Positions 37,603-48,073 of a stretch of DNA of 64,000 nt are shown piece by piece. How positions within the stretch are numbered: position 1 is the stretch's first letter; every line of letters starts with the position of its first letter. The notes below the pieces were generated by a model. That model made no database searches. It was given only the letters and a program-made list of their open reading frames with translations, and was not told the DNA's origin. This DNA comes from Candidatus Multivorans sp. Its GTDB lineage: Bacteria > Acidobacteriota > Thermoanaerobaculia > Multivoradales > Multivoraceae. The stretch spans positions 2,944,001-3,008,000 of the forward strand of contig OZ251997.1 of NCBI GenBank assembly GCA_965247095.1, given 5' to 3'. A program made the translations under genes and the position numbers.

Positions 37603-39189
37603 ATGACCAGGGTGCAGGAGCCAGTCGGAGCGGACGGCTCGGTCCGCGGCCAGCAAGCGAGCGAGCTGGAGCAGCGGCTTGAACAGTCGCGGTTGGGCGG
37701 CGGCGCCGAGCGCATCGAACGTCAGCACGCGAGCGGCAAGCTGACCGCGCGGGAGCGGATCGATCTGCTGCTCGATCCGGGGTCGTTTGTCGAGATCGAT
37801 GCGCTGGTGACGCACCGCTGCACCGACTTCGGCATGGCCGAGCAGCGCATCCCGGGTGACGGCGTGGTGTGCGGGCATGGTCGGGTGGACCAGCGTCCGG
37901 TGTACGTCTTTGCCCAGGACTTCACCGTCTTCGGCGGTTCGCTGTCCGAGACTAACGCCCGCAAGATCTGCAAGGTGATGGACTTGGCGGTCGAGAACGG
38001 CGCCCCGGTCGTGGGTTTGAACGACTCGGGCGGCGCCCGCATCCAGGAGGGTGTCGCCTCACTGGGCGGCTACGCCGACATCTTTCTCCGCAACACGCTG
38101 GCATCGGGGGTGGTGCCCCAGATCAGCGCGATCATGGGGCCCTGTGCGGGCGGCGCGGTCTACTCGCCGGCGATCACGGATTTCGTGCTGATGGTCGAGG
38201 GCACGAGCTACATGTTCGTGACCGGGCCGGACGTGATCAGGACGGTGACCCACGAGGATGTCTCGATGGAGGAGTTGGGCGGAGCGAAGACGCACGCGAG
38301 GCGGAGCGGCGTGGCGCACTTCACCGCCCCCGACGACACGGCTTGCCTGCTGGCCGTCCGCGAGCTCCTCGGCTACCTGCCCGGCAACAACCTGGACGAT
38401 TCGCCGCGGCGGCCGACCGACGATCCGGACGACCGCGAGGCGCCTGAACTCGACGAGTTGGTGCCGGTCGACCCGAACAAGCCGTACGACATCGGCGAGC
38501 TGATCCGAGCCGTCGTCGACGACGGTCGCTTCCTCGAAGTCCACCGCAACTTCGCCCAGAACATCGTGGTCGGCTTCGCGCACTTCGGCGGCCGCAGCGT
38601 GGGCATCGTCGCCAACCAGCCGAACTACCTCGCCGGCGTCCTCGACATCGACGCGGCGGTCAAGGGCGCTCGGTTCGTGCGCTTCTGCGACGCCTTCAAC
38701 ATCCCGCTCGTCACCTTCGAGGACGTGCCGGGTTTCCTGCCGGGCGTTCAGCAAGAGCACGGCGGGATCATCCGCAACGGCGCCAAGCTGCTGTACGCGT
38801 TCGCCGAAGCGACGGTGCCGAAGATTACCGTGATCACCCGCAAGGCCTACGGCGGCGCCTATTGCGTGATGGCCAGCAAGCACCTGCGCACGGACGTCAA
38901 TCTGGCCTATCCGACCGCGGAGATCGCGGTCATGGGGCCGAGCGGGGCGGTCAACATCCTGTACCGCCAGCAGATCCGGAACGCCGAGGACCCCGAGGCG
39001 CTGCGCGAGAAGCTGGCCGCCGAGTACCGGGAGAAGTTCTCCAACCCATACGTGGCGGCGGAGCGCGGCTTCGTCGACGCGGTGATCGCGCCGCGCACGA
39101 CACGCCACAAGATCGTGTGCGCACTGCGCCAGCTCAAGGGCAAGCGGAGCGGCGTGCCGGCCAAGAAGCATGGCAGCGTGCCGCTCTAG
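37603..39189 (+). CDS. pccB: Acyl-CoA carboxylase carboxyltransferase subunit (PccB-like)
   Basis: [61 protein letters not shown]. Confidence 0.93.
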   Translation: MTRVQEPVGADGSVRGQQASELEQRLEQSRLGGGAERIERQHASGKLTARERIDLLLDPGSFVEIDALVTHRCTDFGMAEQRIPGDGVVCGHGRVDQRPVYVFAQDFTVFGGSLSETNARKICKVMDLAVENGAPVVGLNDSGGARIQEGVASLGGYADIFLRNTLASGVVPQISAIMGPCAGGAVYSPAITDFVLMVEGTSYMFVTGPDVIRTVTHEDVSMEELGGAKTHARRSGVAHFTAPDDTACLLAVRELLGYLPGNNLDDSPRRPTDDPDDREAPELDELVPVDPNKPYDIGELIRAVVDDGRFLEVHRNFAQNIVVGFAHFGGRSVGIVANQPNYLAGVLDIDAAVKGARFVRFCDAFNIPLVTFEDVPGFLPGVQQEHGGIIRNGAKLLYAFAEATVPKITVITRKAYGGAYCVMASKHLRTDVNLAYPTAEIAVMGPSGAVNILYRQQIRNAEDPEALREKLAAEYREKFSNPYVAAERGFVDAVIAPRTTRHKIVCALRQLKGKRSGVPAKKHGSVPL

Positions 39190-39264
39190 CAGGACAGGCC
39201 GGCGCAACGGTTCACCTGAGACACGAAGACCAAAACGAGCACGGAACGCGGAGCGAACGAACGA

Positions 39265-39777
39265 ATGAGCGACATCAGGGTGGGGATCGTCATGGGCAGC
39301 GACTCGGACTGGCCGACGATGAAGGCCGCGGCGAAGGTCTGCGCCGACTTCGGCGTCGGCTGCGAGTCGCGGGTGCTCTCGGCCCACCGGACGCCGCGGG
39401 AGACCGCCGAGTGGGCCGAAGGCGCGGCTGAACGAGGCATCGGCGTACTGATCGCCGGCGCCGGCGGCGCCGCCGCTCTCCCGGGCGTGGTGGCGGCGGC
39501 GACCACCCTGCCGGTGGTCGGCGTCCCGGTCGCGAATGGTCCGCTCAACGGCGTCGATGCCCTGCTGGCGATCGTGCAGATGCCGCCGGGCATTCCGGTC
39601 GCCACGGTGGGCGTGAACCGGGCCGACAACGCGGCGCTGCTGGCGCTTCAGATCCTGGGGCTCGGCGACGCCGATCTGGCCGCCGCGCTGACCGACTACC
39701 GGCGCCGGATGGGCGAGCGCGTGGCGGCCGCCGACGAGCGCGTCCGGCGGGCCTCCGAAGCCTTGGAGAGTGCATGA
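39265..39777 (+). CDS. purE: N5-CAIR mutase
   Basis: MGSDSD, SAHRTP, AGAGGAAALPG, QMPPGIPVATV. Confidence 0.96.
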   Translation: MSDIRVGIVMGSDSDWPTMKAAAKVCADFGVGCESRVLSAHRTPRETAEWAEGAAERGIGVLIAGAGGAAALPGVVAAATTLPVVGVPVANGPLNGVDALLAIVQMPPGIPVATVGVNRADNAALLALQILGLGDADLAAALTDYRRRMGERVAAADERVRRASEALESA

Positions 39778-40217
39778 AGTTCGCGCTCGGCGCCGACCAC
39801 GCCGGAGTCGAGTTGAAGGACGAGTTGCGCGAGGTTCTGCGCGCCCGGGGGATCGAAGTCGTCGACTTCGGGGCCGACGGCTCGGCGCCCGTCGACTACC
39901 CCGACAAGGCAGCGGCGGTGGCGCGGGCCGTGGCGTCGGGAGCGGTCGACCGCGGCCTGCTGGTGTGCGGCACTGGAGTCGGCATGGCGATGTCGGCGAA
40001 CCGTTTCGCCGGGGTCCGGGCGGTCAATCCGAGCGACAGCTACACGACGCGGATGTCCCGGGCCCACAACGACGCCAACGTGCTGGCCCTCGGCGCCCGC
40101 GCGCTCGGCGCCGGTCAGGCGTCCGAACTGCTCGAGATGTTCCTCGACACGCCCTTCGACGGCGACCGCCACGTCGGGCGGGTGGCCAAGATCGACAGCG
40201 CCGCGGAGCGCGGCTAG
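39774..40217 (+). CDS. rpiB: Ribose-5-phosphate isomerase B
   Basis: GADHAG, DYPD, CGTGVG, HNDANVL. Confidence 0.95.
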   Translation: MKFALGADHAGVELKDELREVLRARGIEVVDFGADGSAPVDYPDKAAAVARAVASGAVDRGLLVCGTGVGMAMSANRFAGVRAVNPSDSYTTRMSRAHNDANVLALGARALGAGQASELLEMFLDTPFDGDRHVGRVAKIDSAAERG

Positions 40218-40267
40218 CGCGCCACACGGGTTCCCAGGTCAGATCGTTCTGCCGCGCAAGCCCCTAG
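40214..40267. repeat. Short copy (right half) of the palindromic repeat family
   Basis: cgcgccacacgggttcccaggtcagatcgttctgccgcgcaagcccctag nearly identical to 48024-48073. Confidence 0.85.
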
Positions 40268-41679
40268 CGGCGCCGGCCCTGGTGGTAGCCGGTTACGAGG
40301 TCGCGGGCGGGGGGCGGAGTGCCGTAACGGGCGCGGAGGGCCGTTCGGACTTCGCCGACCAGGTAGAGCGAGCCGGTGACGACCAGGGCCCGGTGTTGGT
40401 CGGTCGGCGCGGCGAGGGAGCGTTCCAGCGCATGCGCCGAATCGGCGTCGACGACGGCGCTACGGGCCGGCAGAAGCGGCAGTAGCGCCTCGGGCGAGGT
40501 CGCGCGCCGATGGTCCGGAGCCGTGAGCACGATCCGGCCCGCCCGTTCCGCAAGCAAGGGCAGGCACTGCTCCGGTTGCTTGTCGGCCAGGGCGCCGTAC
40601 AGGAGGTCGTACGCGAGGCCGGTCTCGTCCAGGTACGAGCGCAGCGCGGCGGCGCCGGCGGGATTGTGCGCCGCGTCGAAGAGAACGCGGCGCCGGTCGC
40701 TGTGGGCTTCGATCTCGACCCACTCCAGCCGGCCCGGCCAGCACATGCCTTCGATGCCGCGCCGGACGGCTGCGGGAGCAAGCTCCCGATCCGCGAGAGC
40801 GCAGAACTCCTCCGCCGCCCTCACCGCCAGGGCGAGATTGGCGAGCTGGTGGCCGCCGGCGAGGGGCGCGTGGAACCGGTACTCCGCCTGTGGCGTGGAA
40901 AGCGTCGAGAGCCGTTGTGAAGGTGTGTCGCAGGCGGCGGTTGAATCCAGGAACTCGACGTCGTCGGCCGCGTTGACAAGTGGCGCGCCGCAGACCGCGG
41001 CGCAGCGGTTCAACTCGCACTCGACTTCCGGCCGGGAGCGCCAGGTCAGGCAGGTACACCCGGGTCGCATGACGCCGGCCTTCTCGCCGGCGATCGAGGT
41101 CAGGGTCCAGCCGAGTTGCTGCGCGTGGTCGCGCGCGACCTGGGTGATCACGGAGAGCACGGGTTCCGACACGTTGGTTGCGTCGAGACGCCCGCCCAGG
41201 CCGACCTCGAACACGGCGGCGTTGACCCGATGCGCCGCGAAGTGCAGCCAGGCTGCCGCGGTCAGGCTCTCGAAGTAGGTCGGCGGCGCCGACCCGGCGG
41301 CGTCGAGCACGCGCCGGAGGTGGGCGCCGAGTTCGGCCTCGGTGATCGCCTCGCCGTCGATCCGGAGCCGCTCCTCGACGTGTTCGAGGTGGGGCGAGGT
41401 GTAGAGGCCGCACCGGAAGCCGGCGGCTGTCAGGAGCGATGCGAGCGCCGCGCTGGTCGAGCCCTTGCCGTTGGTGCCCGCGACCAGGATCGTGGGCACC
41501 GCCCGCTGGGGATTGCCGAGGGCGCCGAGCAGGTGGCGGATCGCATCGAGGCCGAACTTCTGCCCCCAGACCTCGAGCCGGTCCAGGATCTCTTTGGCCG
41601 ACAAAGCAGTAGACCCGATCCCACGAACACCGCCAGGGACGACTGCGGCAGCAGGAGAGGGTTTGTTCTCAGCGTTCAT
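40264..41679 (-). CDS. folC: Folylpolyglutamate synthase/dihydrofolate synthase
   Basis: VAGTNGKGS, YTSPHL, EVGLGGRLDATN, WPGRLE, DAAHNP, TGSLYLVG. Confidence 0.95.
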   Translation of the reverse strand: MNAENKPSPAAAVVPGGVRGIGSTALSAKEILDRLEVWGQKFGLDAIRHLLGALGNPQRAVPTILVAGTNGKGSTSAALASLLTAAGFRCGLYTSPHLEHVEERLRIDGEAITEAELGAHLRRVLDAAGSAPPTYFESLTAAAWLHFAAHRVNAAVFEVGLGGRLDATNVSEPVLSVITQVARDHAQQLGWTLTSIAGEKAGVMRPGCTCLTWRSRPEVECELNRCAAVCGAPLVNAADDVEFLDSTAACDTPSQRLSTLSTPQAEYRFHAPLAGGHQLANLALAVRAAEEFCALADRELAPAAVRRGIEGMCWPGRLEWVEIEAHSDRRRVLFDAAHNPAGAAALRSYLDETGLAYDLLYGALADKQPEQCLPLLAERAGRIVLTAPDHRRATSPEALLPLLPARSAVVDADSAHALERSLAAPTDQHRALVVTGSLYLVGEVRTALRARYGTPPPARDLVTGYHQGRRR

Positions 41680-41744
41680 CGGGCCGCGCAGCATAGACTA
41701 GGGAGCAGTACGGCCCGTCTGCGCGAACCACGAAGGGTGAGGGG

Positions 41745-42509
41745 ATGTCCGGTCACAGCAAGTGGAGCACGATCAAGCACAAGAAGGCGGCGCAGGACGC
41801 CCGTCGCAGCAAGGTGTTCACCCGCATCCTGAAGGAGGTTGTGGTCGCGGCCCGGCTCGGTGGCGGCGACCCCGCCGGCAATCCCAGGCTGCGCCAAGCG
41901 CTCTCGGAGGCGAAGGCGCACAACGTGCCTGGAGACACCATCGACCGGGCGATCAAGAAGGGCACGGGGGAACTCGAGGGCGTGTCCTATGAGGAGGTCA
42001 CCTACGAAGGCTACGGTCCCGGCGGTGTCGCGGTCCTGGTCGAGACGCTGACCGACAGCCGGAACCGAACCGTGGCCGACGTGCGGCACCTGTTCACCAA
42101 GCACGGCGGAAACCTCGGCGAGAACGGCTGTGTCGCCTGGATGTTCCACCGGCGAGGTTTCTTCGCGTTCGACCGCGCCGCTATGGAGGAGTCCGGGGTC
42201 GACGAGGAGGCACTGGTCGAGCTGGCGCTGGACCTCGAGGCCGAGGACTTCTCGGTCGAGGAGGACAGCTACCACGTCTACACTTCGGTCGAGGCCTTCC
42301 ATGCCACAAAGGACGAGGTCGAGGAGCGGGGACTGAAGACCGGGATAGCGCAACTGACGATGGAACCGCAAAACCTGGTCCGGGTCGAAGAGGCGGTCGC
42401 GGGTCAGCTCGTGCGGCTGATCGACGCGCTGGAGGACCAGGACGACGTGCAGCACGTCTGGGCCAACTTCGACCTCGACGACGAGTTGCTGGAGCGGCTG
42501 GCGTCCTGA
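41745..42509 (+). CDS. yebC: YebC/PmpR family protein
   Basis: MSGHSKWSTIKHKK, YEGYGPGG, DDVQHVW. Confidence 0.96.
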   Translation: MSGHSKWSTIKHKKAAQDARRSKVFTRILKEVVVAARLGGGDPAGNPRLRQALSEAKAHNVPGDTIDRAIKKGTGELEGVSYEEVTYEGYGPGGVAVLVETLTDSRNRTVADVRHLFTKHGGNLGENGCVAWMFHRRGFFAFDRAAMEESGVDEEALVELALDLEAEDFSVEEDSYHVYTSVEAFHATKDEVEERGLKTGIAQLTMEPQNLVRVEEAVAGQLVRLIDALEDQDDVQHVWANFDLDDELLERLAS

Positions 42510-42534
42510 TCGTCGCAGTGGCGGGACGGCGGCC

Positions 42535-43041
42535 TTGATCATCCTCGGTCTGGATCCGGGCAGCCGGTACACCGGCTACGGCGTGGTGGAGCAGGAAGGG
42601 TCGCGGCTGAGGGAGTTGGACTCGGGTCGGATCGTGCTGGTGTCCGAGCCGAGTCCGGCGGCGCGCATGGCTCTCCTCGCCGAGGGCGTGGAGCAGGCCC
42701 TCGACCGTTGGCAGCCGGCCGCCGCCGCTCTGGAGACCCTGTTTCATGGGCGCAACAGCCGCTCCCTGATCGCGCTCGCCCAGGCCCGGGGCGTCATTCT
42801 CTCGGTGTTGGGCCGGCGCGGCCTGGACGTGGAGGAGGTGTCTCCCGCCGAGGTCAAGAAGGCGGTGTGCGGCAACGGCCGGGCCGACAAGACCCAGGTG
42901 GCGCGCATGGTCGAGGTCCTGCTGGGAGCTTCGGCGGGCCGGCGAAGCGCGGACGCGTCGGATGCGCTGGCCGTGGCCATCTACTACGTGCAGCAGCGTC
43001 CGCTGCGGAGGGTCGTGGAGGCGGCGCGGAGCGCCCGTTGA
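42535..43041 (+). CDS. ruvC: Holliday junction resolvase
   Basis: ILGLDPG, AQARG, VKKAV.GNGRADK, DASDALAVA. Confidence 0.95.
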   Translation: MIILGLDPGSRYTGYGVVEQEGSRLRELDSGRIVLVSEPSPAARMALLAEGVEQALDRWQPAAAALETLFHGRNSRSLIALAQARGVILSVLGRRGLDVEEVSPAEVKKAVCGNGRADKTQVARMVEVLLGASAGRRSADASDALAVAIYYVQQRPLRRVVEAARSAR

Positions 43042-43225
43042 TCCGGGTCGGATTGGCGGTTCCAATGCAGGGTCCGTGTGCTATATTCCTTCACCGTTCC
43101 AAGGTGAGCCAGTCACCCCTTTCGGTGTAGGGGTCACCGTCCGTTCAGAATCGCGTCCACTGTCGGTGGGCGGTTCAACTCGTCCCGTCGCTGGCGGGTA
43201 CACAGGTTTTGAGGAGGTAGCATAG

Positions 43226-43888
43226 GTGAACATTGGTGGCACGTTCTGGAAGTTGATGAACGAGGGCGGACCCGTCATGTGGCCGCTGCTCGCATTCTCC
43301 GTTGTCGCTCTTACGGTGGTCGCCGAGCGCTTGTACGCGCTGTGGCGCGCCCGGATCAACGTTCACGAGTTCCTCCCCAAGGTGAGGAAGGCGCTGGTGG
43401 TCAACCGGTCGATCCGCGACGCGGTGAAGGTCTGCGAGGAGTACCGGGGGCCGGTCGCCTCGATCCTCAAGGCCGGTCTGATGAAGTACGGCCAGCCCAA
43501 GGAAGAGATCGAGAAGACGATCGAGAACGCGGCGCTGTTCGAGATGGGGCGCCTGGAGCGCGGTCTTGCGGTGCTGGCGACGACCGCCAACGTCGCGCCG
43601 CTGCTCGGCTTCTTCGGCACGGTGACCGGCATGATGGCCGGTTTCGACGCCCTCGCGGCGCAGGGCCTCTCCAACCCGGGCGCGGTCGCCACGGGTATCA
43701 AGGAGGCCCTGACGACGACGGCCGGCGGTCTCGCGGTCGCCATTCCGACGCAGCTCGCCTACAACTACTTCATGAGCCGGATCAACAAGTTCGTGCGCGA
43801 CATCGAGACCGCGGCGAACATGCTGCTCGAGACGTTCAGCGAGATGGAGCGCAGCGGCGTTTCGCCCGAGAGCGGCGAAGGCAGCTAG
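43226..43888 (+). CDS. MotA/TolQ/ExbB proton channel protein
   Basis: GGPVMWPL, APLLGFFGTVTGM, EAL.TTA.GL.VAIP; GAGGAGG RBS. Confidence 0.94.
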   Translation: MNIGGTFWKLMNEGGPVMWPLLAFSVVALTVVAERLYALWRARINVHEFLPKVRKALVVNRSIRDAVKVCEEYRGPVASILKAGLMKYGQPKEEIEKTIENAALFEMGRLERGLAVLATTANVAPLLGFFGTVTGMMAGFDALAAQGLSNPGAVATGIKEALTTTAGGLAVAIPTQLAYNYFMSRINKFVRDIETAANMLLETFSEMERSGVSPESGEGS

Positions 43889-43921
43889 AGTTCCTACGGG
43901 TCCCAAGGCGAGGACAGCGAC

Positions 43922-44350
43922 ATGAAACTCAAGGCATCCATCGAGCACAAGCCGAACATCCCCACGGCCTCGATGGCCGACATCGCCTTCCTGCTGATCA
44001 TCTTCTTCATGCTGACGATCACCTTCGAGGTCGACAAGACCCAGGTGCAGTTGCCGAAGACGACCCTCAGGTACGAGATCCCGAAGAAGGCCGCCTACGT
44101 GTCGATCGATCCGAACGGTCGCATCCGGGTGTCCGACGGCCAGTCTCAGAGTTCGCTGGTCAGTGCGGCGGACGAGGTGCTTTCGATGGCCGCAACCGTG
44201 ATCTCGACCGATCGGGACAAGACGTTCGTGGTCAAGGCCGACGGCGACGTGCCGTGGGAGAAGGTCGACGAGGTGCTGGATGCTCTGAAGCGGGCCAAGG
44301 TGCGCGATCTGCGCCTGCTGTCCGACCAGCGAACGGTCGACGACCTGTAG
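43922..44350 (+). CDS. ExbD/TolR family protein 1
   Basis: [19 protein letters not shown]. Confidence 0.92.
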   Translation: MKLKASIEHKPNIPTASMADIAFLLIIFFMLTITFEVDKTQVQLPKTTLRYEIPKKAAYVSIDPNGRIRVSDGQSQSSLVSAADEVLSMAATVISTDRDKTFVVKADGDVPWEKVDEVLDALKRAKVRDLRLLSDQRTVDDL

Positions 44351-44398
44351 AGGACGCAGCGGCATTCTGGTACTTGACGATACCGATGGAGGCTCAAG

Positions 44399-44836
44399 AT
44401 GAAGATCGAACGTGACCGCCCGGACGACGAGATTCCGACCTCGTCGATGGCGGATATCGCCTTCCTGCTGATCGTCTTCTTCATGGTGACGACCACGTTC
44501 ACGGCCACCCGCGGACTCGACTTCGCGCTTCCGGACGACGACGACAACCCGCCGGTCATCGAGAAGGAAGAGTCGGTGTTGATCGAGATCTTCCCGGGAG
44601 GGGTGCTGATGGTGGACCAGAACCCGATGCAGCTCGGCGAGATCATCGAGTACCTGAGGCCGAAGCTGGAGCGGAATCCGAAGAAGCCGGTGATCATCCG
44701 GCCGGATGTTGCGACGCAGTACAGGTTCATGGTCGAGGTATACGACGAGCTGCGCCAGGGCGAAGATCACGGACTGACGGCGCCGATCAACATCTCGGTG
44801 CCGACTCAGCGGGAAATCCAGAGCTTCTGGTACTAG
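44399..44836 (+). CDS. ExbD/TolR family protein 2
   Basis: [15 protein letters not shown]. Confidence 0.92.
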   Translation: MKIERDRPDDEIPTSSMADIAFLLIVFFMVTTTFTATRGLDFALPDDDDNPPVIEKEESVLIEIFPGGVLMVDQNPMQLGEIIEYLRPKLERNPKKPVIIRPDVATQYRFMVEVYDELRQGEDHGLTAPINISVPTQREIQSFWY

Positions 44837-44915
44837 CCTTGCCGCTCCCGGAATAGGACCGAGCCCGAACGAAGTTGGAACTACACGTCGACCTGACAGA
44901 CAAGAGGTAACCCCG

Positions 44916-45674
44916 ATGAGTGATGAGAACCTCGAAGCGGCTGCATCTCCGGCCGCTGAATCCCCGGCCGGGGGGCCACAGGCGGAAGAAGCTGGTGCGC
45001 TGACGTCAGCGGAGCAGGGCCTTCTCACCTACGTTGAGGAAACCCGGGAGGACAACAAGACCTTCCGCTACTCGTTCGGGCTCGCGGTGCTGCTTCACGC
45101 GATCCTGCTGATCGTCAAGCTGCCCGATCTGTACGGCGATGTGGTGGCGCCGCCGCCGAAGCCCAAGGTCTTCGTGGTGCAGCAGGTGCGCTTCAAGCCG
45201 CCACCGCCGGAAATGGAGCAGCAGATTCCGAAGCCCAAGTCGAAGAAGGTTCCGATCCCCGATCCGACGCCCGATGAGCCGGAACCGATCCGCATCGACG
45301 AGCCCGATGAGATCGACATTCCGGAGGTCGACGACCTGGATCTGTTCAACCTGCCCGACGCTCCGCCTCCTCCGGAACCGACCGGACCGATCTACGTCAC
45401 CGGCGAGGTGGCGAAGCCGGTGAAGATCAACGAGGTCAGGCCCCAGTACACGGAGATTGCGCGCAAGGCGCGGATCCAGGGTGTCGTCATTCTTCAGGCA
45501 ACGATCGACAAGAACGGCGACATCACGGACGTCAAGGTGCTGAAGGGCCTGCACATGGGTCTGAGCGAGGCCGCTGTGACGGCGGTCAAGCAGTGGAAGT
45601 TCAAGCCGGCGACCCTCAACGGCAAGCCGGTCGCCGTCTACTACAACCTGACTGTCAACTTCCAGCTCCAGTAG
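44916..45674 (+). CDS. tonB: Energy transducer TonB, copy 1
   Basis: TM with His, Pro-rich linker, [14 protein letters not shown]...QWKFKPA. Confidence 0.92.
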   Translation: MSDENLEAAASPAAESPAGGPQAEEAGALTSAEQGLLTYVEETREDNKTFRYSFGLAVLLHAILLIVKLPDLYGDVVAPPPKPKVFVVQQVRFKPPPPEMEQQIPKPKSKKVPIPDPTPDEPEPIRIDEPDEIDIPEVDDLDLFNLPDAPPPPEPTGPIYVTGEVAKPVKINEVRPQYTEIARKARIQGVVILQATIDKNGDITDVKVLKGLHMGLSEAAVTAVKQWKFKPATLNGKPVAVYYNLTVNFQLQ

Positions 45675-45801
45675 GGGGTTGGGAACCTCAAGCCGGAGAG
45701 GCGCTTGCGCCGGCCCGGCCGTCGTCATCAACGAACCTGACCGTCAACTTCCGAATGAAGCAACCGGGAGTACCTGGCGCCCCATGAAGGAGGCCCCATA
45801 G

Positions 45802-46983
45802 ATGACCAATCGCCGATCTGTTCTTGCCCTCGCGACGGCCTGTGCGCTGCTCGGAGCTTCCGCCTCTTCCGCCGGATGGGAAGAGGGAGTCGCCGCATTC
45901 ACCGCCGGCAACTACGCCCAGGCGATCGCCGAGTTCCAGCAGTTCGTTGAGGAGCGGACCGACGAAGAGGCCCTGCAGAAGGGGTATCAGATGCTGGCCA
46001 TGTCCCTGCTCAGGGGCGGCAAGGCCAAGGAGTCGGTGGCGGCGTTCCAGAAGCACCTCGAGTTGAAGCCCGGCGATGTCGGAAGCCAGGTTGCGCTGGG
46101 GCAGGCGTACCACAAGAGCGGCATGCCCCGGGAATGCGTGGCGACACTGAACAGGCTGAACATCGGCAGCCTGCCGAAGGGCCACCAGATCCTGGTGTAC
46201 CAGATGCGCAGCGCGAGCCAGGCGCGGCTCGGAAACACCCCCGGCGCGGCCGCCGACCTAGGGAAGGTCGCGGACTTGAAGTCGGACGACGCGAAGACGC
46301 GCTTCGACTACGGCAAGCTGCTGCAGAACGACGCGCAGCTCGACCCCGCGATCACCGCCTACGAACGGGCGGTGTCGATGGACGGCAGCAAGGCGGAGTG
46401 GAAGGAGACGCTGGTCAACGCCCTGAAGATCAAGGGTCGGAGGACACAGGGCTCGGCCAAGACCGGAATCTACGCCAGGGCTGAGGATGTGGCCCGGAGC
46501 CTGGTCGCGAGCAGTCCCTCCTACAACTACCTGCTCCTCCTGGGCGAGGTTCAGTTGGGCGCCAAGAACTACGACTCGGCGGCTTCGACGTTCCAGCAGG
46601 CGGTCTCGAAGACGGGGAACGACTGGCACGCGCACTTCTACCTGGGGCAGGCCTACAGCTCGCTTGGCCGCTACAGCGACGCCGAAGCGCCGTTGAATAC
46701 AGCCCTGCCGCTTGCCTCGGGCGACGACGAGAAGCTGGTATGGAAACAACTCGGCTTCGTCTTCGAGAAGCAGAAGAAGTACGGCCTTTCCATCGATGCC
46801 TACGAGAGGGCGGGCGACCCGGCCGGCGTCTCCCGGGTCCGCGAGAACGAGCGGATCGCCAAGGAGAACATAGAAGCCGAGCAGCACAACAAGACCGTCG
46901 AAGACTTGCGACGTCAGCAGGAGATACTCCGCATTCAAATGGAGGAACTCCCGGGGGCGACGAACGATCCGCCGCGCCGCTAG
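45802..46983 (+). CDS. Periplasmic TPR protein
   Basis: Signal peptide and multiple TPR units. Confidence 0.85.
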   Translation: MTNRRSVLALATACALLGASASSAGWEEGVAAFTAGNYAQAIAEFQQFVEERTDEEALQKGYQMLAMSLLRGGKAKESVAAFQKHLELKPGDVGSQVALGQAYHKSGMPRECVATLNRLNIGSLPKGHQILVYQMRSASQARLGNTPGAAADLGKVADLKSDDAKTRFDYGKLLQNDAQLDPAITAYERAVSMDGSKAEWKETLVNALKIKGRRTQGSAKTGIYARAEDVARSLVASSPSYNYLLLLGEVQLGAKNYDSAASTFQQAVSKTGNDWHAHFYLGQAYSSLGRYSDAEAPLNTALPLASGDDEKLVWKQLGFVFEKQKKYGLSIDAYERAGDPAGVSRVRENERIAKENIEAEQHNKTVEDLRRQQEILRIQMEELPGATNDPPRR

Positions 46984-47032
46984 CGATTCCGCGTAGCGGA
47001 AGCTCCAACGAGCTCGTGCCAGTGCGCCGGCC

Positions 47033-47056
47033 GTAGCGCCGGCCTTCTGGCCGGCG
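47033..47056 (+). repeat. GTAG-headed REP-like palindrome
   Basis: gtag cgccggcc ttct ggccggcg, intergenic. Confidence 0.45.
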
Positions 47057-47159
47057 TATGCCGGTGAGGTTCGCGCACCGCACGGAATAGGTGCGGCCGG
47101 CAACAGGTTGGAACGGGGGCATCACCCTTTACACACCACCCGACAGAAGGGGGCCCCGG

Positions 47160-47900
47160 ATGAGCGACACGAGCCTTGAGGCGGCTGGATCCCCGGCCGA
47201 AGAGTCGGCGGCCGACGCTGTGCCCGCCACGTCAGCGGAGCATGGCCTGTTGACCTATGTGCAGGAGACGCGAAAAGACACCAGGACGTTCCGCTACTCA
47301 CTGGCACTGGCTTTGTTCTTCCACGCGATTCTCCTGCTCGTCAAGCTGCCCGATCTGTACGGCAAGGAGCAGGCGGCGCCACCGGCGCCGCCGAAAGTCT
47401 TCGTGGTGCAGCAGGTGCGTTTCAAGCCGCCGCCGCCGACGGAGGAGATTCGGATCCCGAAGCCGAAGTCGAAGAAGGTGCCGATCCCTGATCCGACGCC
47501 GGAGGAACCGGAGCCGATCCGGATTGACGAACCGAAGCTCTACCTTCCCGAGGTCGACGAGCTGAACTGGAAGATCGAGGTGCCCGCGCCTCCGCCTCTG
47601 GAGGAGCCCGGGCCGATCGAAGTGACCCGTGACGTCATCAAGCCGACGAAGACCCTCCACGTCGACCCGCAGTACACCGAGATCGCGCGCAAGGCGCGGA
47701 TTCAGGGCGCAGTCACTCTGCGGGCGACGATCGATCAGCAGGGTGACATCACCGATGTCGAGGTGCTGAGAGGTTTGCAGATGGGCCTCACCGAGGCCGC
47801 GGTGGCCGCGGTCAGGCAGTGGAAGTTCAAGCCGGCGACACTGAACGGAAGGCCGGTCGCTGTCTACTTCAACCTGACCGTCACCTTCCAGCTCCGGTAG
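47160..47900 (+). CDS. tonB: Energy transducer TonB, copy 2
   Basis: Co-linear paralog of 44916..45674. Confidence 0.92.
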   Translation: MSDTSLEAAGSPAEESAADAVPATSAEHGLLTYVQETRKDTRTFRYSLALALFFHAILLLVKLPDLYGKEQAAPPAPPKVFVVQQVRFKPPPPTEEIRIPKPKSKKVPIPDPTPEEPEPIRIDEPKLYLPEVDELNWKIEVPAPPPLEEPGPIEVTRDVIKPTKTLHVDPQYTEIARKARIQGAVTLRATIDQQGDITDVEVLRGLQMGLTEAAVAAVRQWKFKPATLNGRPVAVYFNLTVTFQLR

Positions 47901-47907
47901 GGGTCTG

Positions 47908-48073
47908 CTAGCGCGGCAGAACTCCCAGAGGCCGGCGCTTCGCGCCGGATGCGGGCAGGATGCCCGCGTGCCATCCGTGCGCCCGATGACGGGCGCACGG
48001 ACTGGTTCACGTGTGGCGCGGATCGCGCCACCCGGGTTCCCAGGTCAGATCGTTCTGCCGCGCAAGCCCCTAG
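47908..48073. repeat. Longest copy of the CTAG-bounded palindromic repeat family
   Basis: ctagcgcggcagaac, four internal hairpins, gttctgccgcgcaagcccctag. Confidence 0.88.

Noticed and set aside
37603-39189. Carboxyltransferase as methylcrotonyl-CoA carboxylase supplying HMG-CoA
   Set aside because: Motifs ([25 protein letters not shown]) are PccB-type, not MccB-type.
43042-43225. Structured leader upstream of exbB as a possible riboswitch
   Set aside because: Only a short hairpin and a TGcTATATT -10-like element; no cobalamin or other riboswitch consensus recognised. An Rfam scan would settle it.
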